Source of the DNA: an uncultured Bacteroidales bacterium
Lineage (GTDB): Bacteria; Bacteroidota; Bacteroidia; Bacteroidales; FEN-979
Direction of reading: 5' to 3'
Length of the DNA stretch: 64,000 nucleotides
Assembly (NCBI GenBank): GCA_903959905.1
Contig: CAJBYO010000005.1
Coordinates: forward strand, 148,674 to 212,673
The notes under the pieces are model-generated. The model saw only the letters and a program-made list of their open reading frames with translations. It ran no database searches and had not been told where the DNA came from. Below are positions 24,008 through 33,407 of the stretch, one piece after another. A program made the translations under genes and the position numbers. Positions within the stretch are counted from its first letter, which is position 1; every line of letters starts with the position of its first letter.

Positions 24008-26585
24008 GAGGCCCAGGATACTGATTATTTCTTACAACATACCCCGGCCGGATAAAAGTTCGGGAGAACTCCGGTTTGTGGCTATTCTGGATTTGTTATC
24101 CAAATTCTGGGACCTGGATTTTTGTGTGGCCAACTCTCACGCTGAATGGAATGCCACTGAAGAATTGGTTCCTTACATTGAAAAGCTTGAGGCAATGGGC
24201 ATCCGTGTTTACAGGCCTTCAAAGGATGCATTCAGCAGGGCCGTCAATGAAAACCAGTATGCCGGTGGTTATTTTAACCTCTACTGGATTGCCGAGGAGA
24301 TGATGCCCCTGTTTAAATCGGCTCAACCCGGTGCCTTTACGATTGTTGATTCGGTGGATGTTCACTTTGCACGCGAGGCGACACAGGCGAAACTTGGTGC
24401 CATTGAGATGTCAAAGGTTATGCAAACGAAGAAAAGGGAACTCGGTGTTTATAAGGCTGCCGATGTTGCCATTGCCGTGAGTAAGGACGACCTCCATCTG
24501 CTTACTGTTACTGAAGGATTGAAGAATATATTCCTCATTCCAAATATTGTAAGGGAGTTTCCCAGAACCGTGGGGAAACGCAAGCCTGTTGTAGTTTTTA
24601 TTGGAAGTTATGCTTGGTATCCTAACCCGGAAGCGGTTATTTGGTTTACTGAATTGATCTGGCCAGCAATTTATAAATCAACTCCTGAGGCAGAATTTTT
24701 AATTATCGGCAGTGACCCCACGCCGGAAATACTGGCATTGGGCACAGTTCCAGGCGTTAAGGTGTTAGGATATGTTCCTGAAACGAAACCGTACCTTGAA
24801 ATGGCTGCTGTTTCTGTTGCTCCACTCAGGGTGGGCGGGGGTATGAAGGGAAAGGTGAACGAAGCAATGGCCCATGGTATTCCTGTGGTAGCCACCAAAA
24901 TCGGTGCGCAGGGCTTTGAAGCAGTTCATGGGAAACAAATGATGATCACTGATGATCCGGACGAATTTGCCGAATGTGTGACAGCACTTATATCGAATGA
25001 TGCATTGCAGCAGGAAATGGGGCTGGCAGGTCAAAAACTTAATTCGGCCATATGTTCATACCAGGCGGTCAATGAGAAAATCAGAGATCTTGTTATTCAC
25101 TGCAATTCATTGATAACGACGATCCCCATCGTACCTGCTGTGAACTCACCTGTTCCTGAATCAACCAAATTATCCTTTTTCATCAAAGATTTCGGGTATG
25201 CGCTGCAATTGTTGAAAAGGGATGGACTTAGAGAGTTTTTCAAAAGGATGTGGTTATATCTTCATGGACAGCGATTACCGGTTGGTACGAATGATCAGGA
25301 AAAAAAAAAAAAAGAAATAACCAGGATTGAAAAGGCCACTGAGCCTCCTCAATTTTTTGAAACGACCAACCCCAGCTTTGCAAGCATAGAATTTCCAAAG
25401 ATATCCGAGACTCCAACAGTTTCTATCATTATCCCGGTTTATAACCAATGGGATTTTACCTATGCTTGCCTTGACTCTATTCTGAAAAACACCGGGGGCA
25501 TTTCTTACGAGATTATTTTAGCGGATGATAATTCAACAGATGAAACAAAATTTGTTGAACAATCTGTAAAGAACATCCATGTTGTCAGAAATGAAATGAA
25601 CCTTGGATTTCTTTTCAACTGCAACAATGCGGCAAAGTTTGCAAAAGGGAAATTCCTGATTTTTTTGAATAATGACACGCTTGTTCAGCCTGAATGGCTG
25701 AATTGGCTTTTAAAGACCATGGCAGATAATGCCGATGTAGGAATGGCCGGATCTAAATTCATGTTTTCTACCGGAGAATTGCAGGAAGCAGGCGGCATTG
25801 TCTTCACGGATGGTTCAGCAACGAATTATGGCAGATATGACTGGCCCAATGTATCGCACAATAATTACTTAAAGGATGTTGACTATTGTTCAGGCGCTTG
25901 CATTTGCGTACGGCACGAATTATGGCTGAAGGTTGGAGGCTTTGATCCGATCTATTCGCCCGGTTATTATGAGGACACCGACCTTGCAATGAAGATAAGG
26001 TCAATCGGGTACAGGACTGTTTATCAGCCAAAATCGGTGATTATCCATTTTGAAGGGGTTTCACACGGTTCGGATCTTACAACCGGCATCAAGAGCAAGC
26101 AGACTGAAAATCAACATATTTTTTTGAAAAAGTGGAAAAATGAGTTGGAAAAGAATAACTATGCCAGGTACGAGAATTTGTTCAGGGCAAGGGATAAAAG
26201 CAAACACAAGCATGTCGTTCTTCTCATCGATTACTGTGTTCCAACCTGTTCCAGCCAGATTGATAAACAAAAGTATTTCCATATTTTGAATTCTTTGCTG
26301 GAGAAGAGGATGAAAGTCATAATTTTACCTGATAATTTTTATAAAACAGAACCTGAAGTTTCTGACCTGGAACAAAAAGGAATTGAGGTTTTATACGGAG
26401 GGTGGTACCGTGAAAACTGGTGGCTGTGGTTTACTGAAAATTTCGTCAACATTAACACCATCATTTTTATTGATAAGCCAATTGCTGATAAATATATCCC
26501 AATGATCAAGACCATTCCCAGCGCTAAATTTAACATTGAAGTTATCAGGCAAGGAGTTGAATTTGACATCCGGAATATTTTGTAA
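24000..26585 (+). CDS. Three-domain glycosyltransferase: GT4 (N) - Lys-rich linker - GT2 - partial Rossmann (GT-B N-half-like) C-terminal domain
   Basis: GT4 block GGMKGKVNEAMAHGIPVVATKIGAQGF. GT2 blocks VSIIIPVYNQWDFTYACLDSILKNT..EIILADDNSTDET, FLNNDT and YYEDTDL. The C-terminal HKHVVLLIDYCVPT.. echoes the N-terminus RILIISYNIPRPD... The start overlaps the upstream stop by 8 nt. Confidence 0.8.
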   Translation: MNKRPRILIISYNIPRPDKSSGELRFVAILDLLSKFWDLDFCVANSHAEWNATEELVPYIEKLEAMGIRVYRPSKDAFSRAVNENQYAGGYFNLYWIAEEMMPLFKSAQPGAFTIVDSVDVHFAREATQAKLGAIEMSKVMQTKKRELGVYKAADVAIAVSKDDLHLLTVTEGLKNIFLIPNIVREFPRTVGKRKPVVVFIGSYAWYPNPEAVIWFTELIWPAIYKSTPEAEFLIIGSDPTPEILALGTVPGVKVLGYVPETKPYLEMAAVSVAPLRVGGGMKGKVNEAMAHGIPVVATKIGAQGFEAVHGKQMMITDDPDEFAECVTALISNDALQQEMGLAGQKLNSAICSYQAVNEKIRDLVIHCNSLITTIPIVPAVNSPVPESTKLSFFIKDFGYALQLLKRDGLREFFKRMWLYLHGQRLPVGTNDQEKKKKEITRIEKATEPPQFFETTNPSFASIEFPKISETPTVSIIIPVYNQWDFTYACLDSILKNTGGISYEIILADDNSTDETKFVEQSVKNIHVVRNEMNLGFLFNCNNAAKFAKGKFLIFLNNDTLVQPEWLNWLLKTMADNADVGMAGSKFMFSTGELQEAGGIVFTDGSATNYGRYDWPNVSHNNYLKDVDYCSGACICVRHELWLKVGGFDPIYSPGYYEDTDLAMKIRSIGYRTVYQPKSVIIHFEGVSHGSDLTTGIKSKQTENQHIFLKKWKNELEKNNYARYENLFRARDKSKHKHVVLLIDYCVPTCSSQIDKQKYFHILNSLLEKRMKVIILPDNFYKTEPEVSDLEQKGIEVLYGGWYRENWWLWFTENFVNINTIIFIDKPIADKYIPMIKTIPSAKFNIEVIRQGVEFDIRNIL
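25300..25313 (+). repeat. A14 homopolymeric tract inside the inter-domain linker of the three-domain GT
   Basis: Counted directly: ...cagg + 14 a + gaaata, read as CAG GAA AAA AAA AAA AAA GAA = QEKKKKE in frame. Confidence 0.9.
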
Positions 26586-26611
26586 ATTAACCAAACTAAA
26601 CAATCAATAAT

Positions 26612-27712
26612 TTGAACCAGAAGGCAATCATTCTTGCACATTACCTGCCTCAGTTTCACCCAATTCCTGAAAATGATGTTTGGTGGGGAAAGGGGTTTAC
26701 TGAATGGACGAACACCGCGAAGGCAAAGCCATTGTTTCGCGGTCATGTGCAACCGAATCTTCCGGCCGATCTGGGCTTTTATGATCTCCGTGTTCCGGAA
26801 GTCAGAGAGCAACAGGCGGAACTGGCAAGAAATCATGGCATTACCGGTTTTGCGTATTGGCATTACTGGTTTGGAAATGGTCAGCAGATTCTTGAACGGC
26901 CATTTAATGAAGTTCTTCAAAGCGGACAGCCTGATTTCCCTTTTTGCCTGGCCTGGGCGAATGAGTCGTGGACCGGTGTGTGGCATGGCCTGAAGGATCA
27001 GATCCTCATGGAGCAAAAATATCCCGGGGAGGCTGATCATATCCTTCATTTTAACCATGTATTGCCTGCTTTTCAGGATAAAAGGTATATTAAAATAGAC
27101 AACAAACCAATCTTTATTATCTATCTGCCTCAATTTCTTCCTGATACGGCTAAGTTCACAAAACTTTGGAATGATCTTGCCATCCAAAATGGCTTTGCAG
27201 GAATGTTCTTCATTGGGATCTATACGATGGACTGGGATCATAAACTTGAGGGATTTGAAGAAAAGTCGGTTCATCCGCTGCATCAATATATGGCTATGTT
27301 TGAGGCCAGTTCATTTAGAAGGAAGAAAAACAACCTGATCAATTTTTTAATGCAGAGGCTAAAGTCTACCTATAACTATTCGGACCTCGTAAGAAACTAT
27401 AATTTTTCATGGCTGGACAATAATGACTTTGTTCCGACCATTTTACCTAATTGGGACAATACGCCGCGCTCTGGAAAGAAAGGGTATATAATTCATGGTT
27501 CAACGCCTGCCTTATTCCGGGAACATTTTATGTCGGTTGTTCAATTTGTCAAACAACAAACCACCAATAAAAATAATATTATCCTGCTTAAAAGTTGGAA
27601 TGAGTGGGCTGAAGGTAATTATCTGGAGCCAGACAGCCGGTGGGGGACAGGTTATCTCGAGGTTATTCGGGATGTTTTGAAGGAGTTTGACATGGACAGC
27701 AACTATTTATAA
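26612..27712 (+). CDS. WbsX-family protein (paralog 2, no tail)
   Basis: TTG start. ILAHYLPQFHPIPENDVWWGKGFTEWTN and CLAWANESWTGVWHG are colinear with the 22700 paralog. Confidence 0.75.
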   Translation: MNQKAIILAHYLPQFHPIPENDVWWGKGFTEWTNTAKAKPLFRGHVQPNLPADLGFYDLRVPEVREQQAELARNHGITGFAYWHYWFGNGQQILERPFNEVLQSGQPDFPFCLAWANESWTGVWHGLKDQILMEQKYPGEADHILHFNHVLPAFQDKRYIKIDNKPIFIIYLPQFLPDTAKFTKLWNDLAIQNGFAGMFFIGIYTMDWDHKLEGFEEKSVHPLHQYMAMFEASSFRRKKNNLINFLMQRLKSTYNYSDLVRNYNFSWLDNNDFVPTILPNWDNTPRSGKKGYIIHGSTPALFREHFMSVVQFVKQQTTNKNNIILLKSWNEWAEGNYLEPDSRWGTGYLEVIRDVLKEFDMDSNYL

Positions 27713-27815
27713 CGTATCACTGGTATAAAATAACCTGATTGCTCCCGGAGAGAGGCTCTGATCTCGGGGAAGTGCAGTTTATATATATCAGGAAAGATAA
27801 AGTAATCGCAGTAAA

Positions 27816-29711
27816 ATGAACGAGATCTCCCAGAAGAATTTGAAGGGTTCAGTTGTAGTAAGCCCGGTTAGAAAAACCTTTCAAGCTTTGACGGTCATTG
27901 GTTCAATGATTAGAAAAAGCAAGAATGCGGGGAATATACTATTGGTTTTATTTGCTCTTTTACTGTTGGTTTTTATAGTGGCGCCGTTCTATGGAGTTCT
28001 TCCCCTGGGCAGCGCGAGCTCGCTCGGAATACTATACACGGTATTGGGAAATATTGAATGCCTGACCAAAATGGGGCTTTGCACACCCTGTGCTCTTACA
28101 GGATTGCCCATTGGTGGTTATATGCCACTTGGCCTCTCGTTTACATATGTTGCATCCGCGATACAGTTATTAACAGGGACTTCAGTTTTGAATGCCTTCA
28201 GCCTTGCCGGTTTAATATTTCTATGTATCGGTTGGCTGGGAGTTTATAAAATAATCTCGGTTTTTGGGGGGAATAAGTTTTTTGCTTTCCTCGGAGGTTT
28301 ACTCTTCCTTTTTATGCCAATAGTTTATGCAAAAAGCGACTATGTTTATATGATGTGGGCGTTTGCGTCGGTTGCTTTCTATATCTGGCTGGATTTGTGG
28401 TATTTTCAATCAAAACGAGTTGCAATAAGTTTGCCTGTTGCTATACTGTCAAAAATATTCCTGGTTTTTCTGGGACCATACACCTTTGTAATGGCCTCGT
28501 TGTTTACTGGTGTGATCATACTTTATGAATTTATTAAAGCGATCAGGGCGAAAAAGGAACTGATAAAGTCACTTCTTAAAATTACTGGTCTTGGGCTGGC
28601 GCTTTTAATCGCCTATATATTTTACTCATTTTATATACCAGGGGGCAACAGTTATTCTGTGATGCCAATGAACTTTTTCCGGGGGCAGGGCATTGACCTT
28701 GCAGCTTTTTTTAACAGACCACTGGAGATGTACGCTTTTAATCAGTTTTGGAATGCACCTATTTCCAATTCAAAATTGTTTTATTCTGATGGAGAATCTA
28801 TATACCATGTTTATTTTGGGTTGAGCCTGATGCTGACAATCCCGTTGCTTGTATTTTTCAGAAAGCAAATCCGACCTCAACACTGGTTTTTCATCGCCAT
28901 TGGGGCAATAACACTGGTCCTTTCACTGGGCCCGTCCTTGAAAGTAAACAACCAGCGTGATCCATTGGAGGCAGGAACGAATACAGACACCTTCGTTTTT
29001 GAAGATTATTTAATGCCTGAGCAGTCTGCCACCGCCACTCTGCCTCATTCATTTATTTATAAAATTACACCGGTAAAATATATGCGGTCGGTAAGCAGGT
29101 GGTTAATGCCAACAATACTGATTTGTGTTGTTTCTCTTATGGTTCTGATCACCTGTTTATGGAGATATAACCGTTTTGGAAAGATACTGGCAGCTCTGTT
29201 ACTTCTTGGAGTAATTTTTGAATATTCACCAAATTATAAACAGAGGTTATTGAAAATTCAGGGAACAACTTCCATGTTTAATAATTTTAATGCTGATGCC
29301 TTGGCTGAATTTAAAGAACAGATACAACCAGGTGATCTTATCCTTTTCATCCAGAATGGAGGCCTTACCAATGAATACCTGTCAACCTACTTGTGCTCGA
29401 ATGTTGGATGCAGTTCGTATAATGTTTCAACTGACAAGGCCGTTGAACTTTCTTTACTGCATTGGCCAAAGGTGGTTACCGATGCAGCAATGAACCCGGA
29501 TAGGAAAACAATTCTGGCATTGCTTGAATCAAAGCAAGTGACGGCAATTGTATTTCCTCATTTTGATATGCGCTGGAATTCATACAGATGGCCTCCCGCG
29601 CCGGAAACTAAAACACAATTTTCGGAATTTGCCCGACAGTTTTCAGATGAAAGTGCTAACATTGCATTTCAAACCAATGAATGGTTTTCGTATATGAGGC
29701 TTAATCCATAG
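27816..29711 (+). CDS. Large polytopic membrane protein, possible GT-C-like glycosyltransferase (unassigned)
   Basis: 631 aa with ~12-14 hydrophobic segments, a ~60-aa loop (residues ~375-430) and a ~150-aa C-terminal soluble region. It lies directly upstream of a GtrB-like GT2. Confidence 0.4.
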   Translation: MNEISQKNLKGSVVVSPVRKTFQALTVIGSMIRKSKNAGNILLVLFALLLLVFIVAPFYGVLPLGSASSLGILYTVLGNIECLTKMGLCTPCALTGLPIGGYMPLGLSFTYVASAIQLLTGTSVLNAFSLAGLIFLCIGWLGVYKIISVFGGNKFFAFLGGLLFLFMPIVYAKSDYVYMMWAFASVAFYIWLDLWYFQSKRVAISLPVAILSKIFLVFLGPYTFVMASLFTGVIILYEFIKAIRAKKELIKSLLKITGLGLALLIAYIFYSFYIPGGNSYSVMPMNFFRGQGIDLAAFFNRPLEMYAFNQFWNAPISNSKLFYSDGESIYHVYFGLSLMLTIPLLVFFRKQIRPQHWFFIAIGAITLVLSLGPSLKVNNQRDPLEAGTNTDTFVFEDYLMPEQSATATLPHSFIYKITPVKYMRSVSRWLMPTILICVVSLMVLITCLWRYNRFGKILAALLLLGVIFEYSPNYKQRLLKIQGTTSMFNNFNADALAEFKEQIQPGDLILFIQNGGLTNEYLSTYLCSNVGCSSYNVSTDKAVELSLLHWPKVVTDAAMNPDRKTILALLESKQVTAIVFPHFDMRWNSYRWPPAPETKTQFSEFARQFSDESANIAFQTNEWFSYMRLNP

Positions 29712-29763
29712 CCCTCTATACCGGCAACCTGCAAACTTGTTGTTAGAAAACACACCCTGAACC

Positions 29764-30702
29764 ATGAAACTCATCATCCAGATACCTTGTTTTAACGAAG
29801 AGAAAACGTTGCCAATTGCATTGGCCGATTTGCCAAGAGCAGTTCATGGTTTTGATACAGTGGAATGGCTGATCATTGATGACGGTTCAACCGACCGCAC
29901 TGTTGAAGTTGCCCGGGAACATGGAGTTGATCATGTTGTCAGTCTGCCAAAGCACCTGGGACTGGCTAAAGGATTCATGGCCGGCCTGGAGGCCTGCCTT
30001 CAGCATGGTGCGGATGTTATTGTGAACACCGATGCCGACAATCAATATTTTGCGGGCGATATCCCGGCGCTGACACAGCCGATCATTGAAGGCAGGGCCC
30101 AGATTGTTATTGGAGCCAGACCAATTCAGGAGATAGCACATTTTTCACCGTTGAAAAAGCTGTTCCAGAAATTTGGTTCATGGGTTGTAAGGCAGGCTTC
30201 AAAAACAAACATTGTTGACACAACCAGTGGTTTCAGGGCGATCAACCGAGAAGCTGCCATGTCGCTGAATGTATTTAATTCATATACATACACCCTGGAA
30301 ACAATTATACAGGCCGGTCAGAAAAATCTTTCCATCATGTCAGTACCCATCAGGGTTAACGGTGATTTAAGGCCCTCCAGGTTGTTAAAGAGCATTTCCT
30401 CATATATCAAACGCTCCATTGTAACCATTTTCCGCATTTTTGTTGTGTATAAACCTTTCCGCTTCTTTTTCATTTCAGGGGCCATATTGTTCAGCATCGG
30501 GATCCTGATCGGGTTCAGGTACCTGTATTTTGATTTTATCGGAGAAGGCAAAGGGCACATACAATCCATCATCCTTGCTTCGGTTTTTATGGGAATCGGT
30601 TTTCAGACGATCCTGGTTGCATTTTTAGCTGATCTCCTTTCTGTTAACAGGCGACTCCTCGAAGATGTTCAGTATAAACTGCGGAAAATGAATGTCAAAT
30701 AG
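29764..30702 (+). CDS. GtrB/DPM1-like GT2 with two C-terminal TM helices (polyprenyl-phosphate sugar synthase-like)
   Basis: KLIIQIPCFNEEKTLPIAL..LIIDDGSTDRT, NTDADNQY, TSGFRA; C-terminal hydrophobic pair FFFISGAILFSIGILIGF / SIILASVFMGIGFQTILVAFLADLL. Confidence 0.75.
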   Translation: MKLIIQIPCFNEEKTLPIALADLPRAVHGFDTVEWLIIDDGSTDRTVEVAREHGVDHVVSLPKHLGLAKGFMAGLEACLQHGADVIVNTDADNQYFAGDIPALTQPIIEGRAQIVIGARPIQEIAHFSPLKKLFQKFGSWVVRQASKTNIVDTTSGFRAINREAAMSLNVFNSYTYTLETIIQAGQKNLSIMSVPIRVNGDLRPSRLLKSISSYIKRSIVTIFRIFVVYKPFRFFFISGAILFSIGILIGFRYLYFDFIGEGKGHIQSIILASVFMGIGFQTILVAFLADLLSVNRRLLEDVQYKLRKMNVK

Positions 30703-30722
30703 TTTATCCAACCTATAAGCTG

Positions 30723-31376
30723 ATGCAAGAACGAAGTAATATGAAAGTCGCGGGTGGCCTGCAGGAGGACGGGATTGTTATTGGTAACACCTATGATAAA
30801 TATGGGTCCCGGAATCCTGTGGTGAGATACCTGATGAAGGGTTATGAGGAATCGTTGAATGAGATGGTGGACTTCGTAAAACCGGAATCAATTCATGAGG
30901 TCGGTTGTGGCGAGGGGTATTGGTCATTGAAATGGCTTGAAAAAGGAATTGCAACGCGCGGTTCTGATTTTTCAAAGATTGTTATTGATATGGCCAGGTC
31001 CAATGCAAGGGAACGTGGGCTTCCAGATGAAAATTTTGTTGCCAAAGATATTTATGATCTAGACCCTGGGGATGATAAGGCTAATCTTGTGGTTTGCTGC
31101 CAGGTGCTTGAGCACCTTGAACGACCTGATGATGCGCTGATGGTATTGCAACGGATTGCCTCGCCTTACCTGATCATCTGCGTTCCCTGCGAACCTAAAT
31201 GGAGCTTTCTGAACATGGCCAGGGGCAAATACTGGGCTGATATGGGTAATACACCGGGTCATATTCAGCGTTGGTCAAAAAAGGAGTTTGTGAAGCTGGC
31301 AGCCCGTTATTTTGATGTTGTAAAAGTCAATTCCCCGCTGCCCTGGACGATGCTGTTATGCAAAACCAGGCAATAA
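30723..31376 (+). CDS. Class I SAM-dependent methyltransferase
   Basis: Motif I IHEVGCGEGYWS and the post-I acidic residue, plus VVCCQVLEHLERP (motif II/III region). Confidence 0.75.
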   Translation: MQERSNMKVAGGLQEDGIVIGNTYDKYGSRNPVVRYLMKGYEESLNEMVDFVKPESIHEVGCGEGYWSLKWLEKGIATRGSDFSKIVIDMARSNARERGLPDENFVAKDIYDLDPGDDKANLVVCCQVLEHLERPDDALMVLQRIASPYLIICVPCEPKWSFLNMARGKYWADMGNTPGHIQRWSKKEFVKLAARYFDVVKVNSPLPWTMLLCKTRQ

Positions 31377-31386
31377 GAATCCTGGC

Positions 31387-32301
31387 GTGAAGCATTTATC
31401 CTGGAAGCAAATCTTCAATCTCGCCGGACTGTGCATCGGCATAGCCGGTGTGGTATTTGTGGTCATGAAACTGGTGGAATACGCCCACCAGATTGACCTT
31501 GGGGAACTCACCCTTACTTCATTTATCCTGCTGGCAGGACTCATCCTGGTATACTTCTCGGCCAACTTCCTGCTTGCCTTCGCCTGGCGCAATCTGTTGC
31601 AATTTCTCGGGGTGAAAACCACCTTGAGATGGGCCGTTCAAACGTATGGCATTTCACAGATCGGCAAATATGTTCCCGGGAATATTTTTCATTTCGCAGG
31701 CCGGCAGGCAATCGGGCAATCGGCAGGTATACCGCCTAAACCGCTTGCCAAATCTTCGGTTTGGGAAATCGGGCTGCTCGCTGTTACCGGTTCTTTGTTT
31801 TTCCTGTTGGTGCTCCCTCTGTTTATACATCAGATTGCATTTCAGCTTGCTGCTGTTTTATTTTTTCTCGTACTTATAATATTTGTAGCACTGTTACATC
31901 GCTTAGCCGGGTCTGCTGTGGCTTCCGCCGGGTTATACTACATCCTGTTCCTGGTTATTTCCGGGTTGATTTTCAATGGATTGTTACTGATTGTGGGAGC
32001 TGCTGCAAGTCTGCCTGTAGTAATGTTCATTGAGATCGCCGGGGTATATGTCGTTGCCTGGCTTGCCGGTCTGGTTACCCCGGGGGCTCCTGCCGGCCTG
32101 GGTGTGAGGGAACTGGTGTTTCTGACCATTCTTCATGGCGTAATTGGTGAAAAGGAACTGCTGGAAGCCATTGTACTGGGAAGGATTGTCACAGTAGGCG
32201 GTGATGTGCTTTATTATCTGTTTGCCATGTTCATGCGCTATGGTAAAGGGGGTGAAGGTAATTTTGCCGGGGAGGCAGAGATACAGGCGAATTCCCAATA
32301 A
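31387..32301 (+). CDS. UPF0104 / LPG-synthase-TM-like 'flippase-like' membrane protein
   Basis: GTG start. ~8 TM segments and the block YGISQIGKYVPGNIFHFAGRQ, typical of this family. Confidence 0.55.
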   Translation: MKHLSWKQIFNLAGLCIGIAGVVFVVMKLVEYAHQIDLGELTLTSFILLAGLILVYFSANFLLAFAWRNLLQFLGVKTTLRWAVQTYGISQIGKYVPGNIFHFAGRQAIGQSAGIPPKPLAKSSVWEIGLLAVTGSLFFLLVLPLFIHQIAFQLAAVLFFLVLIIFVALLHRLAGSAVASAGLYYILFLVISGLIFNGLLLIVGAAASLPVVMFIEIAGVYVVAWLAGLVTPGAPAGLGVRELVFLTILHGVIGEKELLEAIVLGRIVTVGGDVLYYLFAMFMRYGKGGEGNFAGEAEIQANSQ

Positions 32302-32321
32302 TTGTATACTTTTACTGCATC

Positions 32322-33407
32322 ATGAAGCGCCTGGTCTCCTTTTTAAAATCCGACGGAAAAACAACCATGCTCCGGTATTTCTATGCTGAACGTAAAGCGA
32401 TGTATGCCAGGTGGTTAAGTAAAGTCATGCCGCATAATCCTTTACGAAGCAATGCTGGCAAAATAAATCTGTCAGGACAGAAAAGCCGGCTGTTCGGGCT
32501 TCACAGGAGTGGACTGAGCTCTTCTATGCAGTATCTCCGTGATCTGCATAACCCGAAAGGTGTTTTGCTGGATGCCGCCGTTGACCGTACCTTTTCAGCA
32601 GGGAACCAAAACTTTACGGGTTATTCTGAGCCCTGGATCGGCATCATTCATGTACCGCCGGGTGTACCTGAGTGGATGGAATCAAAGCAATCAAACAGGG
32701 CTGTTTTTGATTCTGACGGCTGGAAACGCAGTATTCCTTATTGCCTGGGGTTGTTCACCCTCTCAGGATACCATAGAAAGCACCTTGAACCGCTCTTTAA
32801 ATTCCCGGTGGAAAATTTGTATCACCCGGTTGAATTCCCCTCCTTAAAGTGGAATTATGAGAAATTTGCCGCAAACCGGGATAAGAAGATCATTCACTCG
32901 GGATGGTGGCTGCGGCGGGTTTATTCTTTCTACCTGCTGAATGTAAAGGGTTACAGGAAAATCCTACTCGTGAAACCGGATGTGGATATTGAAAAGCATT
33001 TCCACCTTGAACTGGAGCACATGGATGATAAACAGCTTATTACCAGCCAGGTAATGAACAGTGTAACGCGCATTGATTTTCTTTCAAATAAACGCTACGA
33101 CGAGTTGCTTTCTGAGAATATTGTTTTCATTGACCTGATCGATGCCAGCGCCAACAACGCCATCATTGAATGCATTGCCCGAAATACGCCCATCCTTGTA
33201 AACCCCATTGAACCTGTGGTAGAATATCTCGGGAAAGATTATCCGTTTTACTTCAACTCCCTGGAAGAAGCCGCCCGGAAAGCGGAAAATATGAATCTCG
33301 TGAGAGATGCCCACGATTACCTTGCCAGTTACCCGTTTAAAAATAAATTAACCGGCAAGTATTTCCACGACAGCTTTTTGAACTCATCAATTTATCAATC
33401 GTTATGA
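32322..33407 (+). CDS. Hypothetical protein with GT-B (GT1/GT4)-like C-terminal half; putative glycosyltransferase
   Basis: NIVFIDLIDASANNAIIECIARNTPILVNPIEPVVEYLG resembles the E-x7-E/nucleotide-sugar region of GT-B enzymes. The N-terminal half is unassigned. Confidence 0.35.
   Translation: MKRLVSFLKSDGKTTMLRYFYAERKAMYARWLSKVMPHNPLRSNAGKINLSGQKSRLFGLHRSGLSSSMQYLRDLHNPKGVLLDAAVDRTFSAGNQNFTGYSEPWIGIIHVPPGVPEWMESKQSNRAVFDSDGWKRSIPYCLGLFTLSGYHRKHLEPLFKFPVENLYHPVEFPSLKWNYEKFAANRDKKIIHSGWWLRRVYSFYLLNVKGYRKILLVKPDVDIEKHFHLELEHMDDKQLITSQVMNSVTRIDFLSNKRYDELLSENIVFIDLIDASANNAIIECIARNTPILVNPIEPVVEYLGKDYPFYFNSLEEAARKAENMNLVRDAHDYLASYPFKNKLTGKYFHDSFLNSSIYQSL

Noticed and set aside
26339-27286. 315-aa minus-strand ORF, one of the longer entries in the track
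   Set aside because: It lies entirely antisense to the end of the three-domain GT and to WbsX paralog 2, both of which have strong family motifs. Its translation is low-complexity with no motif. It is a shadow ORF.
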